Source: Bispira polyomma
Lineage: Eukaryota
Assembly (NCBI GenBank): GCA_965649765.1
Contig: OZ287752.1
Coordinates: 47,182,001-47,246,000 of the forward strand
DNA length: 64,000 bases
Direction: 5' to 3'
This document shows, piece by piece, positions 11,862-26,166 of this stretch. The notes beneath the pieces were generated by a model. That model ran no database searches. It worked only from the letters and a program-made list of their open reading frames with translations, and was not told the origin of the DNA. Each line of letters opens with the position of its first letter. Position 1 is the first letter of the stretch. The translations under genes were made by a program, and so were the position numbers.

Positions 11862-14571
11862 GTTGTAAAGTCAGTGTGTTAAGTCACACCCTCTACATGC
11901 TATCTTATGCTAGCTTACTGGTGCTGTGGATTTTAGCAATATCCGAATACTATGCCAATTAAAGTTTAGGCTAAGTTGTGCATTGTGTACAGTGTAGTGA
12001 TGTACTGAAAGATTCCCAATAGACTTGAATGTGTTGACACCAAATTCAGAAGATAGAGCAGAGCTTTACTTTCTCCTACCGCACGCTCACTGTTTGCACA
12101 CAGAGTCTTGTTGATTTGCTCACAGAGTCCATTAAATGGCTCTTTGCACGGACTTAATAGAATGCACACATCCCAGGCTGGTGGTTAGAAAGCCACCTCT
12201 AACAAGCCATTCACTTTGATGATTACTAAACCACCTTAAAGCTCCACGCAAAGCCAGCTGGATGTAATTCCATTCAACCCATTCTCGCTCAATTAAAACT
12301 TTACTGTCTATTTGTTATTAAAGACGCAAATCTATCTTTTAATCTGAACGTGCTCATAAGCCTAGTCACTGAGCCAAATTTGGCCACATCCCCGCCTGTG
12401 TGGTCGAGTCGCACTTTTTGTCAGTAATGGTGTCCTGTGATTAGTGTGTAGACTGTGCAGTGAACTGAGGATACTACCAGGTAGTCATATTGACAGACAG
12501 TTCAGGAGGCTTCTATTCTAGCTGACAACTGAATTTACAAAAATGTAAAAACAATGATTTGAGGCCACGATTTGAGTAAATTCCTATGTTGTGCTGTCTC
12601 ACTTTGAGGTTACCTGGTGTAGTTCTTCAAGTAAGGCTAAATATGAAGGTATATTTTTTAACTAAAGATTAATGTGAAGTTCTTAAACCTTAAGTTTTAG
12701 TGCTCTTTAATTAAAATTTTCTTTTAAGTCTTACGATTTACAACCATCAGAAACTTCAGTATAGCTGAACTCTCTTACTGTTTGAACAGCTACAGTCATG
12801 GAATACCAACGGGTTAAAACATGCCAAAGATCTGTTAAGTAGTAGGTAGTTTAGATGTCCTCTTAGATCACACCTGGTGTTCAATGATGTTTGTGCTGCA
12901 TTAAATAGCTCTCGCTATCTTCTCATAACCCAGTGGTCTCAATGTTTGATCAAGACCTTCAAGTACATAATGCGGCGTTAAATTCCTTTAAAGTCCCTGT
13001 TTATCATGTCATTATTGATTCTTACTAAATCTAGAAACCTCTTTTTCTAATCAAGGAAATAATGAGAAATGGAAGACACCTAACATAAGTTACTATTTTG
13101 TAAGCTTAATACAATACAATCTGGGTAGATGTTTGAATTTGTAATGAGAATGTGATCTCCCTATCAAAATCACCTCGGTGTTAGTGCATGACTTTGATTT
13201 ACTAACTTAAAGATACCACTAAAGATATCCCCTGCATTTCTAGAATGTTTTCAGCTTATCACTGCAACAATATTAAACCCTATATTTGTATTCACCAATC
13301 CCACACTTTGAGTATTGTTTATTAAGGGGATGGCTATTGTAGAGACCGACAAAGACATAGATCATTGACTGCACAAGGTAACAAGCAGACCATATGATAT
13401 CACTGGTTGGGGGACTAGAGGAGGGTTAGTAGTGACCTGGACAGACATCTTATTATGTATTCGGACCATATGAACCGAAAAGCCTTCTCATATCAAATCA
13501 GTACAAAGCTCATTGTAAATACATTTACACACTATCATATCATTAACTTGGTCTAATAATACAAATTGTGCAGCTTTCTAAACTCCTATTTGTAGATGGC
13601 AGGTAGCCTTCCCCATAAAACAGCCATTACACGTGTAAGTGTGAAGACGTCTTCTTTTATAGGAGGCATAGGATCTTTAAATAAGGAGAGACTAACTTTA
13701 CCTGACACATGCACCCTGATGCTATAAACTGACTAGACACGCATGCTGTAGCAAGTCTACTTTAAGGTGACCTTAAGTGTGGGGACGGACGTACTTTGCC
13801 GTAAAGTTGTCAGTGACATTCACAGAACAATGTGTTCCTTGTAAGTCGGCTTAAGAGAACCCTTTTAGCGCACCATTAGATGTCTAGGTAAAACTAATAT
13901 CACCCCCGAGATTGTCTCTCAAGTGTTCTTAGTACTTAGTAGTATTTTAATAAAACTAACTTTAAAAGATCCTGTCATTTCTAACAACCCTTGAATTTTG
14001 AACCCCATTTCAATGTAAAGAGATGGCTGAATAGCAGTGAGTTCTTTAAGAGATGACACTGTTATATGATTTGTGTTTTATGTGGCATCTATCTAAAGTA
14101 CAAGTCACACCTATACCATTCCCCTGGGCTGGTACAAAGAGGAAAACACTCGGTTATGGTCGTCAAATAGGATTAAAGGTGCCAAGTTAGGGTATAGCTC
14201 TGGACTGTTGGTTGTTTGGGGAAGGTTCCAGTAGAACAGTCTCACACTTCTGTCTGTACAGGCTCTACACTCGCCATTCCATTCACTCTCAACAACACAG
14301 AATTCGACCAAATGATAACTTGATCAATTGGTATGTGGGTCATGTAAACTATCTTTATATTACTTGGTAGGTTATATAAAATTGTAATTAGAGTGAATAC
14401 AATGTGAGGTACAGACAAATTCATCAAGCTGATATTTTAATGATTCATTCCAGACGTTGTTAGGTCGATACATATTTTTAAAATTGTTATTTCATTGATT
14501 CTAGACATTTGAAAGTAAAGACAGGTTAATGAAGGTGGTATTGTGACATGATATTGGTGTGTTTGTTTCAG

Positions 14572-14617
14572 ATACCTGGCTCTATTTCTGGTTACTCTAC
14601 TGTTTGGAATGGTCAAG
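14572..14617 (+). CDS. FGF8/17/18: FGF8/17/18-like gene, coding exon 2 (YLALFLVTLLFGMVK, signal peptide hydrophobic core)
   Basis: Acceptor gtttgtttcag and donor AAG|GTAAGC; 46 nt, phases 2/0; hydrophobic stretch. Confidence 0.8.
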
Positions 14618-16771
14618 GTAAGCTGGCTCTTTGTTCTCTATACAATACAAAACGTAGGTTACAGTACTCTACTACTGTTATAATGATATTAACCAAAATT
14701 CACGAACTATCTATTATACTATGTTAAAATAATACATGATTTTATAATACTTGTTACTATTTACTGTGGGATCATGCAGGTGGATTTGTATGTCTGCAAA
14801 GTTACATACCACAACCGAGTAATCGCAAAGAAATTATATCTTGGGACCAGTTACTTTGGTGGTAGTAGCAAATATTCAAACTCTTACATGTAATGGGTGT
14901 TGTATGTACATAAAGTAGAACATTGCAGTCCAATACAGAATAGGTAGTGTCGTTAAATGCAAGTTCTTCAGTTAGGTGCACAAATTCGCACATACAACAC
15001 AAAATGTATTTTAAAGTTAGCATTGAACAAAAGCTGAGGCATTTCTATAATAGGATTGACTTTCAATTGATGCTACAGTCTAACTAATATTTTCATTACA
15101 ATAATATTACACTGTTCAGTAAAGAAGTAGCTAAAACCAAACAGGAGAGAAAGGTTAACTGTAACTTTAAGATTTTTACATTTTCTTTTGAGGCACAAAT
15201 ATATTTTTAAAATTTAATATAAAATACGTACACCCCAGTTTCCACAAATATGATATTAACAAGATCCCACAGACTGATGTAAAAGGCTAAAGTTTCAAAG
15301 TGGCTTGAGAAAGTAGATATCATGGTGTCAATTGTTTTCATGCTGCCGTCAACCTGTTCATTAGTCATAATCAAATCTTCCAGTTTGTGTATCACAGAAT
15401 TGTGGTCGTTTGAGTGTAGTGTGTGTCCACAACTTTAATAAATGGTTACACAGGAACCTGGGACGCCTAATCAAATGGGCCAGTTATTTGTCACACTTTG
15501 ATACCAAGCTAGCAGAATAGGAATGTGACATGTTCTGATCCAAAGCCTTGTGGTGGCCTCAGTGTACTGATAGCCATAGTGAAGTGTCATGCACACACTC
15601 ATTGTGTATGCTTTAAATAAACTAGATTTTGGTTAAAAGTTTACTGGGCTCTTTTCAGATTCAGTCTTTGACTGTATGATAAACAATAAAAAAAACTGTA
15701 TAGTCCGAGTTGACTTAAGTAGGCCCTGCTATTTGTCTAGCATGGTTGTATCTGTACAATGTATACACATCCTCTATTTGAAAGTTACAGATGGACTGCT
15801 AACAAACTCTCCCCGAATTACATTTGGGATCGGAGTTATGTACATGGCCCAACAGCCACTACTACACTGTTGTAGCCTGTTACAAATATCTTGATTGCAA
15901 GGGCAAGGATTAGGACAAGTGATCAAATATCACTAGAAATGTGGTGGGGCTTTATAATAGACCATGATGTATGCTGGAGGAGTATAAAAAAACATAGTGG
16001 TTTAAGTAGGATTTTTAGGTTCTGAGGTGCATCATATACAGAACTACTGTGTATTACACATACCTAGATCCTTAGCTATGTCCCAACTGATGTTGTTTCA
16101 ATGGTATGTTCTGTGTATTCACTGGTTGCAGCCATGTATTCAATACCAACACCTTCTAAACTAAAGAGTTGACTCAGTTTGAAATTACACTAGTCAGGAA
16201 TGTGTGATGTTTACACTGTATCCTTAGGTTTGGCTGTTTTGGTGATTCAACTGATTGACAACATCTGAGTCTCATCTAAGGGGCACTCATTATCTCATGG
16301 TGTATACCAATTGGTTTACTTTCACGGGTTACAATTCACATTCTACACAGTGGTTTAATATATTTACAGATATAAACTTTAAGATATACTTGAACCAGTG
16401 AGACGAACCCCAAATCATACGCTTGGAACAAATCAATGCAGATGTTTGGCATAAACGAATGCCAGTACAACACAAAGACACAGACACACTATACAGATTT
16501 GGTTTTTGGTTTGACATTTTGTTTGGGTGGAAAACTAAAATGACATAGGAGCCGCGCAGATATCCTCTTCCAGTATGTTATCATTTGATCAGAAATACTT
16601 GATAGCTATAGCAGAACACCTTTAACCATGTCTCAAAAAGAGGCCTCACCAAGTAGTTACATTCAACTTTAGCAGGTCTGCTCTCACATTGCCCAGGGAA
16701 TGACTTCATCCAGTGCTTCTTGTCCTCATACTCAGCACTTTATGTACCCATACACCATACATTTATACCCT

Positions 16772-16793
16772 TATATATATATATATATATATA
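16772..16793. repeat. (TA)n microsatellite
   Basis: About 11 TA units. Confidence 0.9.
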
Positions 16794-18304
16794 AGTGGCC
16801 CACATTTTAATGTAAGTGACACATTATCTGAAGAAACCGTTTAGAGCATTTTAGAAATTCAACTATGAATATATATCACTTACTTCTCCCACCAATAAAT
16901 CAAATCTATGACACTCATCTTATTTAATCACTTCACAAATCAGAATTATAGTGAAACAGATTTCACTGTTATCATTATCACTGTAAAATATATCAATCTG
17001 TCTATGGCTTTTTAAAGAGAAACTTGTTTTTGTTTAAATATCCTCAATGCTATTTAAGAACTTTTATGTTATACTTGAAAACGCAACATGGTAGTTTGGG
17101 GTTTGGATCATTTATACCTTTTATAAAAAGGTTTGATTTGATAATATATCATACTTCTTGAATATCTTTTACCAGCAAGGCCATGGGGTTATGCGTCTCT
17201 TACTTTTCTTTCTGACACCTAACTAAGGCATAGGATTGCAGCCTCGTGTCAGTAGAGCCATGTATCATGAAGAAATGATTGAAGTGAAAGGAAATAAATA
17301 ACTGAGTCTCACATAGCTTATAGCTTCAGGTAGAAACATTTACTGATGTGAACATATTCAAATTAAATGTGAAAGTATCTCATTTTAAATTACACCTTGT
17401 ACTGTTGCCCTGTGATACTCGCTTGAAAGGCTATAATTTCCACAGAATCTAAGAAGAAAGAACGTCTCTACTTATTTAGTAAATGAGCATTCATATCTTA
17501 AAATTATAAAATATAGCTTTTTGGACTTGTGTGCAACATATAAGGCTAAATATAATGACAACATTAGATAATTATGGACTTGTGGCACAACTTTCATTCA
17601 ATAAAAACACATATATCCTGTAATTTTAGCTACAAAACTGTGTATCTTTACTTGTCAAGGTGAATTAATTGAAAAAATAAATACAAATTTTTTTCGTGTA
17701 AAATCTGTCCAGATGAATACAAATGTAGTGTAAATCAGGACGGTTTGCAATGTTATTGTATATGGACCACCTTTGGCACACGATCTTCTTAAACCAGAAG
17801 AGTAGCCAAGCCTTCCACAGAAACCCCTGCACACTCTGTAACAACTAATGTAAATCTAGAGCTATGTTAGCAGTTTGATAGGTTTGTCCAAAGATGGATT
17901 AAGACAAGTCTTTAAGACTTCGTGGTATTACCAAAACAGTCATGCCAAGGCTTTTAAATTTAACAATATCCCAAAAACATTAACAGGCAAAGTATAGCCC
18001 TCCTTGTGTGTATTTATGTGTTCATAACTAGGTAGAAAGGGTTCACATTGACTGTAAGTACGTGTATACAAATAATATAATACTTCGTTCAGACACTAGT
18101 GTTAACTAGACCTCAGTTGTGACATTGTCCAAATCCAGTCACTTTTAGCTACAAACCTCTTTTGTTCAAGTGTGGGCTATGCCAAAGTGTTTGTTATCTA
18201 CCACTCCTGATATCTCCTAAGTAGTAGCTATTTAACTGGTGGTTTATGTGTACCCCAATGCGTGTACACATAGGGATGTACTCTCTATACTGTTTTGTAC
18301 ACAG

Positions 18305-18512
18305 GGGGTGGATGGTGTGATGGGCACTGACTTGAGTTCTGATAACATGGACAACCTGCATTCTACCCAGCCCCATCATGTTCAAAGACGAAGTGTTGGT
18401 CTGGGCCGTACAGTGACACTGACCAATGAGTGTACACACAGAGAGGTGCAGGTCATTGGCAGACGGATCAATGCCCTGGGTAAAGTGAGGAGGCCTAGAA
18501 GAAACCTACAAG
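18305..18512 (+). CDS. FGF8/17/18: FGF8/17/18-like gene, coding exon 3 (GVDG...HHVQRRSVGLGRTVTLTNECTHREVQVIGRRINALGKVRRPRRNLQ)
   Basis: Acceptor tgttttgtacacag and donor AAG|GTAAAC; 208 nt, phases 0/1. EVQVIGRRINALG aligns with FGF8 HVQVLANKRINAMA. Confidence 0.88.
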
Positions 18513-18589
18513 GTAAACCATATGCAGTTTACTTATACACCAACAAATAGTGTTATTGAGGCTTCAGTCTGGCTACTGTTCTAACCCCA

Positions 18590-20640
18590 CGACACTAAAT
18601 TCTCATGTGTGACCCCCTTGTGTGTCAATGTGTACATCAGTCAATCCCTGACACTAAAGTCTCATGTGTGACCCCCTTGTGTGTCAATGTGTATATCAGT
18701 TAATCCCTGACACTAATGTTATATGTATGACCCCCTTGTGTGTTAATGTGTACATCAGTCAATCCCTGACACTAATGTTATATGTATAACCCCCTTGTGT
18801 GTCAATGAGTACATCAGTCAATCCCTGACACTAAAGTCTCATGTGTAACCCCCTCGTGTGTCAATGTGTACATCAGTCAATCCCTGACACTAATGTTATA
18901 TGTATGACCCCCTTGTGTGTCAATGAGTACATCAGTCAATCCCTGACACTAAAGTCTTATGTGTAACCCCCTCGTGTGTTAATGTGTACATCAGTCAATC
19001 CCTGACACTAATGTTATATGTATGACCCCCTTGTGTGTTAATGTGTACATCAGTCAATCCCTGACACTAAAGTCTTATGTGTAAACCCCTTGAGTGTTAA
19101 TGTGTACATCAGTCAATCCCTGACACTAAAGTCTCATGTGTGACCCCCTTGTGTGTCAATGTGTACATCAGTCAATCCCTGACACTAATGTTATATGTAT
19201 GACCCCCTTGTGTGTTAATGTGTACATCAGTCAATCCCTGACACTAATGTTATATGTATAACCCCCTTGTGTGTCAATGAGTACATCAGTCAATCCCTGA
19301 CACTAAAGTCTCATGTGTGACCCCCTCGTGTGTCAATGTGTACATCAGTCAATCCCTGACACTAATGTTATATGTATGACCCCCTTGTGTGTCAATGAGT
19401 ACATCAGTCAATCCCTGACACTAAAGTCTCATGTGTGACCCCCTTATGTGTTAATGTGTACATCAGTCAATCCCTGACACTAATGTTATATGTATGACCC
19501 CCTTGTGTGTTAATGTGTACATCAGTCAATCCCTGACACTAATGTTATATGTATGACCCCCTTGTGTGTCAATGAGTACATCAGTCAATCCCTGACACTA
19601 AAGTCTCATGTGTCACCCCCTTGTGTGATAATGTGTACATCAGTCAATCCCTGACACTAATGTTATATGTATGACCCCCTTGTGTGTTAATGTGTACATC
19701 AGTCAATCCCTGACACTAATGTTATATGTATGACCCCCTTGTGTGTTAATGTGTACATCAGTCAATCCCTGACACTAAAGTCTTATGTGTAAACCCCTTG
19801 AGTGTTAATGTGTACATCAGTCAATCCCTGACACTAAAGTCTCATGTGTGACCCCCTTGTGTGTCAATGTGTACATCAGTCAATCCCTGACACTAATGTT
19901 ATATGTATGACCCCCTTGTGTGTTAATGTGTACATCAGTCAATCCCTGACACTAAAGTCTCATGTGTGACCCCCTCGTGTGTCAATGTGTACATCAGTCA
20001 ATCCCTGACACTAATGTTATATGTATGACCCCCTTGTGTGTCAATGAGTACATCAGTCAATCCCTGACACTAAAGTCTCATGTGTGACCCCCTCGTGTGT
20101 CAATGTGTACATCAGTCAATCCCTGACACTAATGTTATATGTATGACCCCCTTGTGTGTCAATGTGTACATCAATCAATCCCTGACACTAAAGTCTCATG
20201 TGTGACCCCCTCGTGTGTCAATGTGTACATCAGTCAATCCCTGACACTAATGTTATATGTATGACCCCCTTGTGTGTTAATGTGTACATCAGTCAATCCC
20301 TGACACTAATGGTATATGTATGACCCCCTTGTGTGTCAATGAGTACATCAGTCAATCCCTGACACTAAAGTCTCATGTGTCACCCCCTTGTGTGTTAATG
20401 TGTACATCAGTCAATCCCTGACACTAATGTTATATGTATGACCCCCTTGTGTGTTAATGTGTACATCAGTCAATCCCTGACACTAATGTTATATGTATAA
20501 CCCCCTTGTGTGTTAATGTGTACATCAGTCAATCCCTGACACTAAAGTCTTATGTATGACCCCCTCGTGTGTCAATGTGTACATCAGTCAATCCCTGACA
20601 CTAAAGTCTTATGTATGACCCCTTCGTGTGTCAATGTGTA
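18590..20640. repeat. 59-bp tandem array, about 35 units, two interspersed subtypes
   Basis: Period 59 (gaccccc at 18611, 18670, 18729). The subtypes are ctaaagtctcatgtgtg and ctaatgttatatgtatg. Confidence 0.95.
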
Positions 20641-23600
20641 AAGCAATCAATCTGAAACTGACAGACTTTTTGTGGTGTCCATTCGATAAGATCTTGTTTT
20701 GGAGAAGGTAATGCATTGAAGTCCAGTGTGTCAGTATTTGCATTGTACGTACCCGGTGCCACGACCTCTAATCTCCTTCATACCACATTGATCAAGGTAC
20801 CTTGGTGCACTTCATCCACAAATAAAACTGACACAAATATTTAGAAGTAAAACGTGTGCCTGATTTATTGCATTCTTTACTTGAAATCAAACCAAGCACT
20901 TGAGAAATCTGAGTCTATAGACTGCAAGCGCTGATAGTTAACATTCAACAAAAGCTAGAAGACTGCCTACATTTGACAGAAGTACATGTAGGCCTAACAG
21001 ATTAACCTCTGGTACAAGAAGACAAAAAACAAATGTTTATACCACTAACTACCAGGTTATATGTTGAACAAACACGTACTTCCTCACTCTCTAGTCGCTT
21101 GATCCTTACTATACATGTATAAGCTGATTTACAATTCTTCAGCCCTAGTAATTCTCTCCTAGTCCTGGCTGTTTTGTCTTGGGTTGCCTGTATGAAATGT
21201 AAATAGATTACTTCCAAGCTGACCTGTGTAGGTACAACAGGTGACAGTTTGTTAGTCTTTGTCACTGTGATCTCTATATACCCACACATACACGGTCTAT
21301 AGCCATCTACCACTAGGACTTTCTATGTAAAGTGTCAAAACATCTCAACATGTAAACATATAGGCATGGTCTTGTGAATGAGATGTGATATTACACATTC
21401 ATATTTTGTATTATATAATTTTGTATGACCCGTAAGCCCTGTTCCATTTTTTCCCAGTCCAGGTATTTTTGGATTACCTGTATAGTAAATGTGATGGGTT
21501 GTTAGTTTTTATAGGGTGGGATTATGTACCCCATCCGTTAGGCTCGTACAAATATCACTAATTTTAATCTTTACAGAATACTATTGTGTACGTCACATGT
21601 GCTATCTTTCAATCAGAGGTGGTGCTGAGAGGTAAAGCCTGTCTCAGTAGGGGGTTACCTACTAAAAAACAATAAGGGTGTGTATGCAGTTAGAATAAGT
21701 GCTGACATAGATCCTTGTTAGTCTGTCCTCACACACTTCTGTATGTCTACACTCCAATATGGCTTTGTTTGCGGCTCTTGCTATTCTACCAGTGATCCAG
21801 ATCCACTTCTAAAGTGAAGCAATCTTAGTGTGGTCCTGGTTCCTCATTGTCTTACAGTATCTGTGTAAACCACAATTAACCTCAAATACATGTGATAACC
21901 CCTCTACCTTTACAAGTCCATTGTACACGTGGGTTGGTAAATTAACTAGATGTCTTACTGTAGTTAATGTCTCGTGTTGTAAGACTATATACATGAAAGG
22001 CCAGGGGTTTGAAGACTGTGACCAAGTTGTTGGGCAGTGAGCTATGAATGAGAGCAAGCTGGCCTTAATGTGGCAGTGAGAGGACTTACTGCTATGTTTG
22101 TACTGCTGACACCAACATGAAAGGAGCCAACACAAGCCTCGTATTGTTTGGAAAAGGATAACTAAGTACTTCACTGCTTGTTTTCACACCTTGAAAATCC
22201 CTCAAGTACATACCGTAACATGGCTAATAGACACTTCAGTCGTCATCCGAGTACCAACTGCTTCCTCAAGTGGCGTCTCTTCTTCTCCCACTTTCAATGA
22301 GTAGTTTTACCTTAAAGCTGGTAAATAATACAGCCCCTCTAGGGTACAGACTGTCAATGGTGGCTGGTTACACCACTACTTTAAGACTTCCGTACAGAGA
22401 TTTCTGGCCCTAATACCGCCTGGTTAGTACTGTTTATACAGATATGCTACATGTCTGGTCGTTCAGAGAATGTGTATTGTATAGCATTCTAGTGCTGTAG
22501 TTAACAACGATACTCCAAACTATACTATTGACCACATTCAGATAAGACTAGTCAAAGTTCCACTCTCACATATAAATCATCCATGCATATGTAGTTAATA
22601 TCAGCTGGCCAGTCTTATACACAATGTCACGTTGAAGTCTTCTACACTCAACCTTGTGGCACAAATGGAAATCGATCTACCTGTTAGCACATCGATTAAT
22701 GACTGAATTCAAACAACTGTTGGGTTTAGTTAAATAAGATGGGCGCACCGTACACACTAAACAACCACATCAATATTATCTTGTGAATTACATACATCAT
22801 ATTTTTTTGGGATTGAAACCCCCAGATTGTATGTTCACCGTTCAGAGATGATTATAGATATTGAAGTGAAAGCTTTTCAAGAAGACATTGACCATATTTC
22901 GATGTTTTTCTTCCTAAAGTGGAAAACATTAAACTCTTATATTGTTGACATAATTTATCAAGTGTCCTCATGCTGGTGAAGTAATAACAAGAACAGGATA
23001 AAAAGCCCCCATGGGTAGACATATACACATTATCTGCTGACCTAATAATAGGCTAAGTTCTTAAATAGCTCAAAACAAATGACACAACGCACAGGTAGAT
23101 GTTTTTTACTGGTATTAGATGTTTTGACTGATATAAAATCATTTTAGGAATGTCAGAAAGTAAATGTAAAATCTTTACCTACATAGCGCGCATGACAAGC
23201 ATATCATACATGACATCAACTCAAACCATCCTAATTCATTACTAACGCATTTTTGTGCCAGTTCTATCCTCCAAATAACAAACTTACTATAAGTTCAATT
23301 GTGAAGCTCTATATCTCATTATAAGACTAGAGATTCTTATTAGTTCAAATGGCCCCCTAAGAAGAAGGATTCCTAACTTTTTAAATTATCATAAACAAAT
23401 TTGTTTCTCAATATTTTGAAACATATAATTCACCCATACATTAAGTGTTAAAATAAATCAAATAAAGGGACAGATCAATGCCACTGCAAACAAGGGTTAG
23501 ATCTTTGGGCTAATCAATGAGGAGGGATGGGGCAAAAAACATCAATTCTCTGAGGAAAAAACTAAAAGATACTCACAAAAAGATCAGTTTGTGTCTGATA

Positions 23601-24100
23601 TAAATATATAAAATCAATTCAAATTATAATCCATATGTGAAAGTTAAATTCGAAGTATAAATGATGATCCAGTTTGCATTTTGTTTCTACTGTAGCTTCC
23701 ATTTCACTTTAAATCCATTCGGTCATTTGTGTCAAAATTTCCTCAGAGAAAATTCTGAATCTCTAATATAGAATATTTAGCACTGGTTATGTGAAAGAGA
23801 TTGTACTAGGTGTGGCAATGTATGTCACTGGTTGTATTCCAGAACAAAATATGACAGCATTCACATTGGGTTTGTTGTTTTATCTGACGTCATACCTCCC
23901 CAAGTTCCAACATTTAGGCCTTCATACAAACATACACGTTTTTTGACATTCCACAGAGTCCGGAGACCTAGCTTGATGCACCTGCAGTCTCTAAGTTGGT
24001 CTGTATGCTTAAAGATAAAAGTGATGGGCAGAAGTAGCTTATCTCTTGATTGACGTCTATTGTTATAAAGTTTAGGCAGAGCCATATGTATTAGACTGGT

Positions 24101-24532
24101 TGCCATTGTTAGCCTGTGTGAGGCGCTCTGTGTCATTGTTAGCCTTGTCAAGCGCTCTAAAAACATGCTCCGTCCACTGTATGCCATTGTTAGCCTGTGT
24201 GGGGCACTATAGAGAATGCTCTGTCCACTATATGCCATTGTTAGGCTGTGTGAGGCGCTCTAGGGAATGCTCTGTTCACTCTATGCCATTATTAGCCTGT
24301 GTCAAGAGCTCTAAAAACATGCTCCGTCCACTGTATGCCATTGTTAGCCTGTGTGAGGCGCTCTAGAGAATGCTCCGTCCACTGTATGCCATTGTTAGCC
24401 TGTGTGAGGCGCTCTAGAGAATGGTCTGTCCACTGTATGCCATTGTTAGCCTGTGTGAGGCGCTCTAGAGAATGGTCTGTCCACTATATGCCATTGTTAG
24501 CCTGTGTGAGGCGCTCTAGAGAATGCTCTGTC
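24101..24532. repeat. 51-bp tandem array, about 8 units
   Basis: atgccattgttagcctgtgtgaggcgctctagagaatgctccgtccactgt at 24335, 24386, 24437 and 24488. Confidence 0.92.
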
Positions 24533-26166
24533 GACAGCTGTGGTCAAGCTGTTGTTGAGTGGAGACCCAGTGACTACCAGATGCTGCCCTACTTCTGTAG
24601 CAGCTCTCACACCTCGTGTCTCCCACTACTCTGACACTACACACTAAGTGGGATTCTCTTTGATCCATTCATCTTCACTGTCTGCCATTTTGTCAGTTTT
24701 TGAGTAGCCATGGGGTGTACACATCATATTTAAGGTTTAGAGATAGTTATTTAACCTTACTTAATTTTTCCGAACACTCCATTTTGAATTCAGCTGGGCA
24801 TTAAAGCTACTAAAATGTTGACGTTTGTATTAAAATGTTGACATTTGATGTGGACACTGTTATGATTGCAACATTTTATAAGAAAATTTTTTAATTTTTC
24901 CAGACAAAAAATAAATTATATCTTAGCTTTTCGCATTTGTTGCATTCTGACTGCAATTCACGGCCCCTAATGGGATTTAGCTTTTGTTTTATTCTAAAAC
25001 AATCAAACATTGTCATGTGTTTTGATGTTTACATTCTCGATTAACCAGTACAATAAAACAGAAAGGATCGTAAACTATGCAGAAAACAGTGCTTTCCCAG
25101 ACAGAGGTCAAGAGCTGTCAAATGTCCCAGTAATTCAACACAGTAATAACCAAACAAAACCTAAGAGGCCAGACTGGAATTTTTTAAATGCGTTAAATAT
25201 TTCAGGCCAGCACAAAAATTGTAGCAGTTATGGAATAATCTTAATGCAGCATATCTTACTGTATTGAACCAAACTTAACGATGAATGACTCTACAATGAC
25301 TGCTGTTGTAATTAAGCAGCTTTTGAAATGTACAAGTTTCAGCATTACGTTGTGCAATCTATTACTATTCATATCATCGATTGTACCATTTATCATAAAT
25401 GCTCGAGTGGATAAAGTTTTATTATTTTTTGCCAATTCTCTTAAGCACACAATAAAAAGAGTCTTGTAAGTTGTATTACATCTAAAATGTCTAGTGGTTA
25501 ATGTCTGAACAAAGTTATTAATTTGATTGCTGTAAACACACATGATTCTTGACAGAATGTAGTTTTTTAGTGTGTATAGGATGGCTGTTTGGCTGTAAGG
25601 CATGTTCCCGTGGGTTTCAGGTGTCAGAGAGAGTGTTGTGTGAAGCCATACCAACTCGTTACCGCACATTGAAACCTGACTGCCATCAACACTTTTGGCC
25701 TCACCATATCATGCCATCTTCTTCTTATGAATTCATTCCTTCTAAGATGATTTGTTTGTTTACATATTCCCAATCTAATTTTTGCTGCCAAAAAATGTTC
25801 AGTTGATCTTCAGCATTTGATTTGTAACTTATAAATAACAATTATGATGGATAAAAACTAAATTCCATAACATAAAGACCTTATGTAGATAAGGCTACGA
25901 AATGTCAGTGAGTCACATGGACTCTCGGGTACAGTAAAATACTGTGTTAAGGAACTAGGTATGTAAAGTGGGTCTCGACATTTAGTGTAAGAGATCCATT
26001 ACTAAATGTCAAGAATACCCAACAAGGTGTATGGTGTCATTAGCAAAGAACGCTTCTTCTATATAAGACATGTCATGTCGATCCTTTGGTCATAAACCTA
26101 TACCATGATGGTTGAACACCCTTGTATTATTATTACTATAACCATGCTTTTTTATTGTAATTGCAG

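Noticed and set aside
18274-18304. Upstream alternative acceptor (acacatag) that might mimic FGF8a/b splicing
   Set aside because: It lies 31 nt upstream of the main acceptor and would shift the frame.
18590-20640. CRISPR-like appearance of the regular arrays (also 45021-46055, 55715-56370, 62270-63572)
   Set aside because: Units are contiguous with no unique spacers, there are no cas genes, and the context is eukaryotic.
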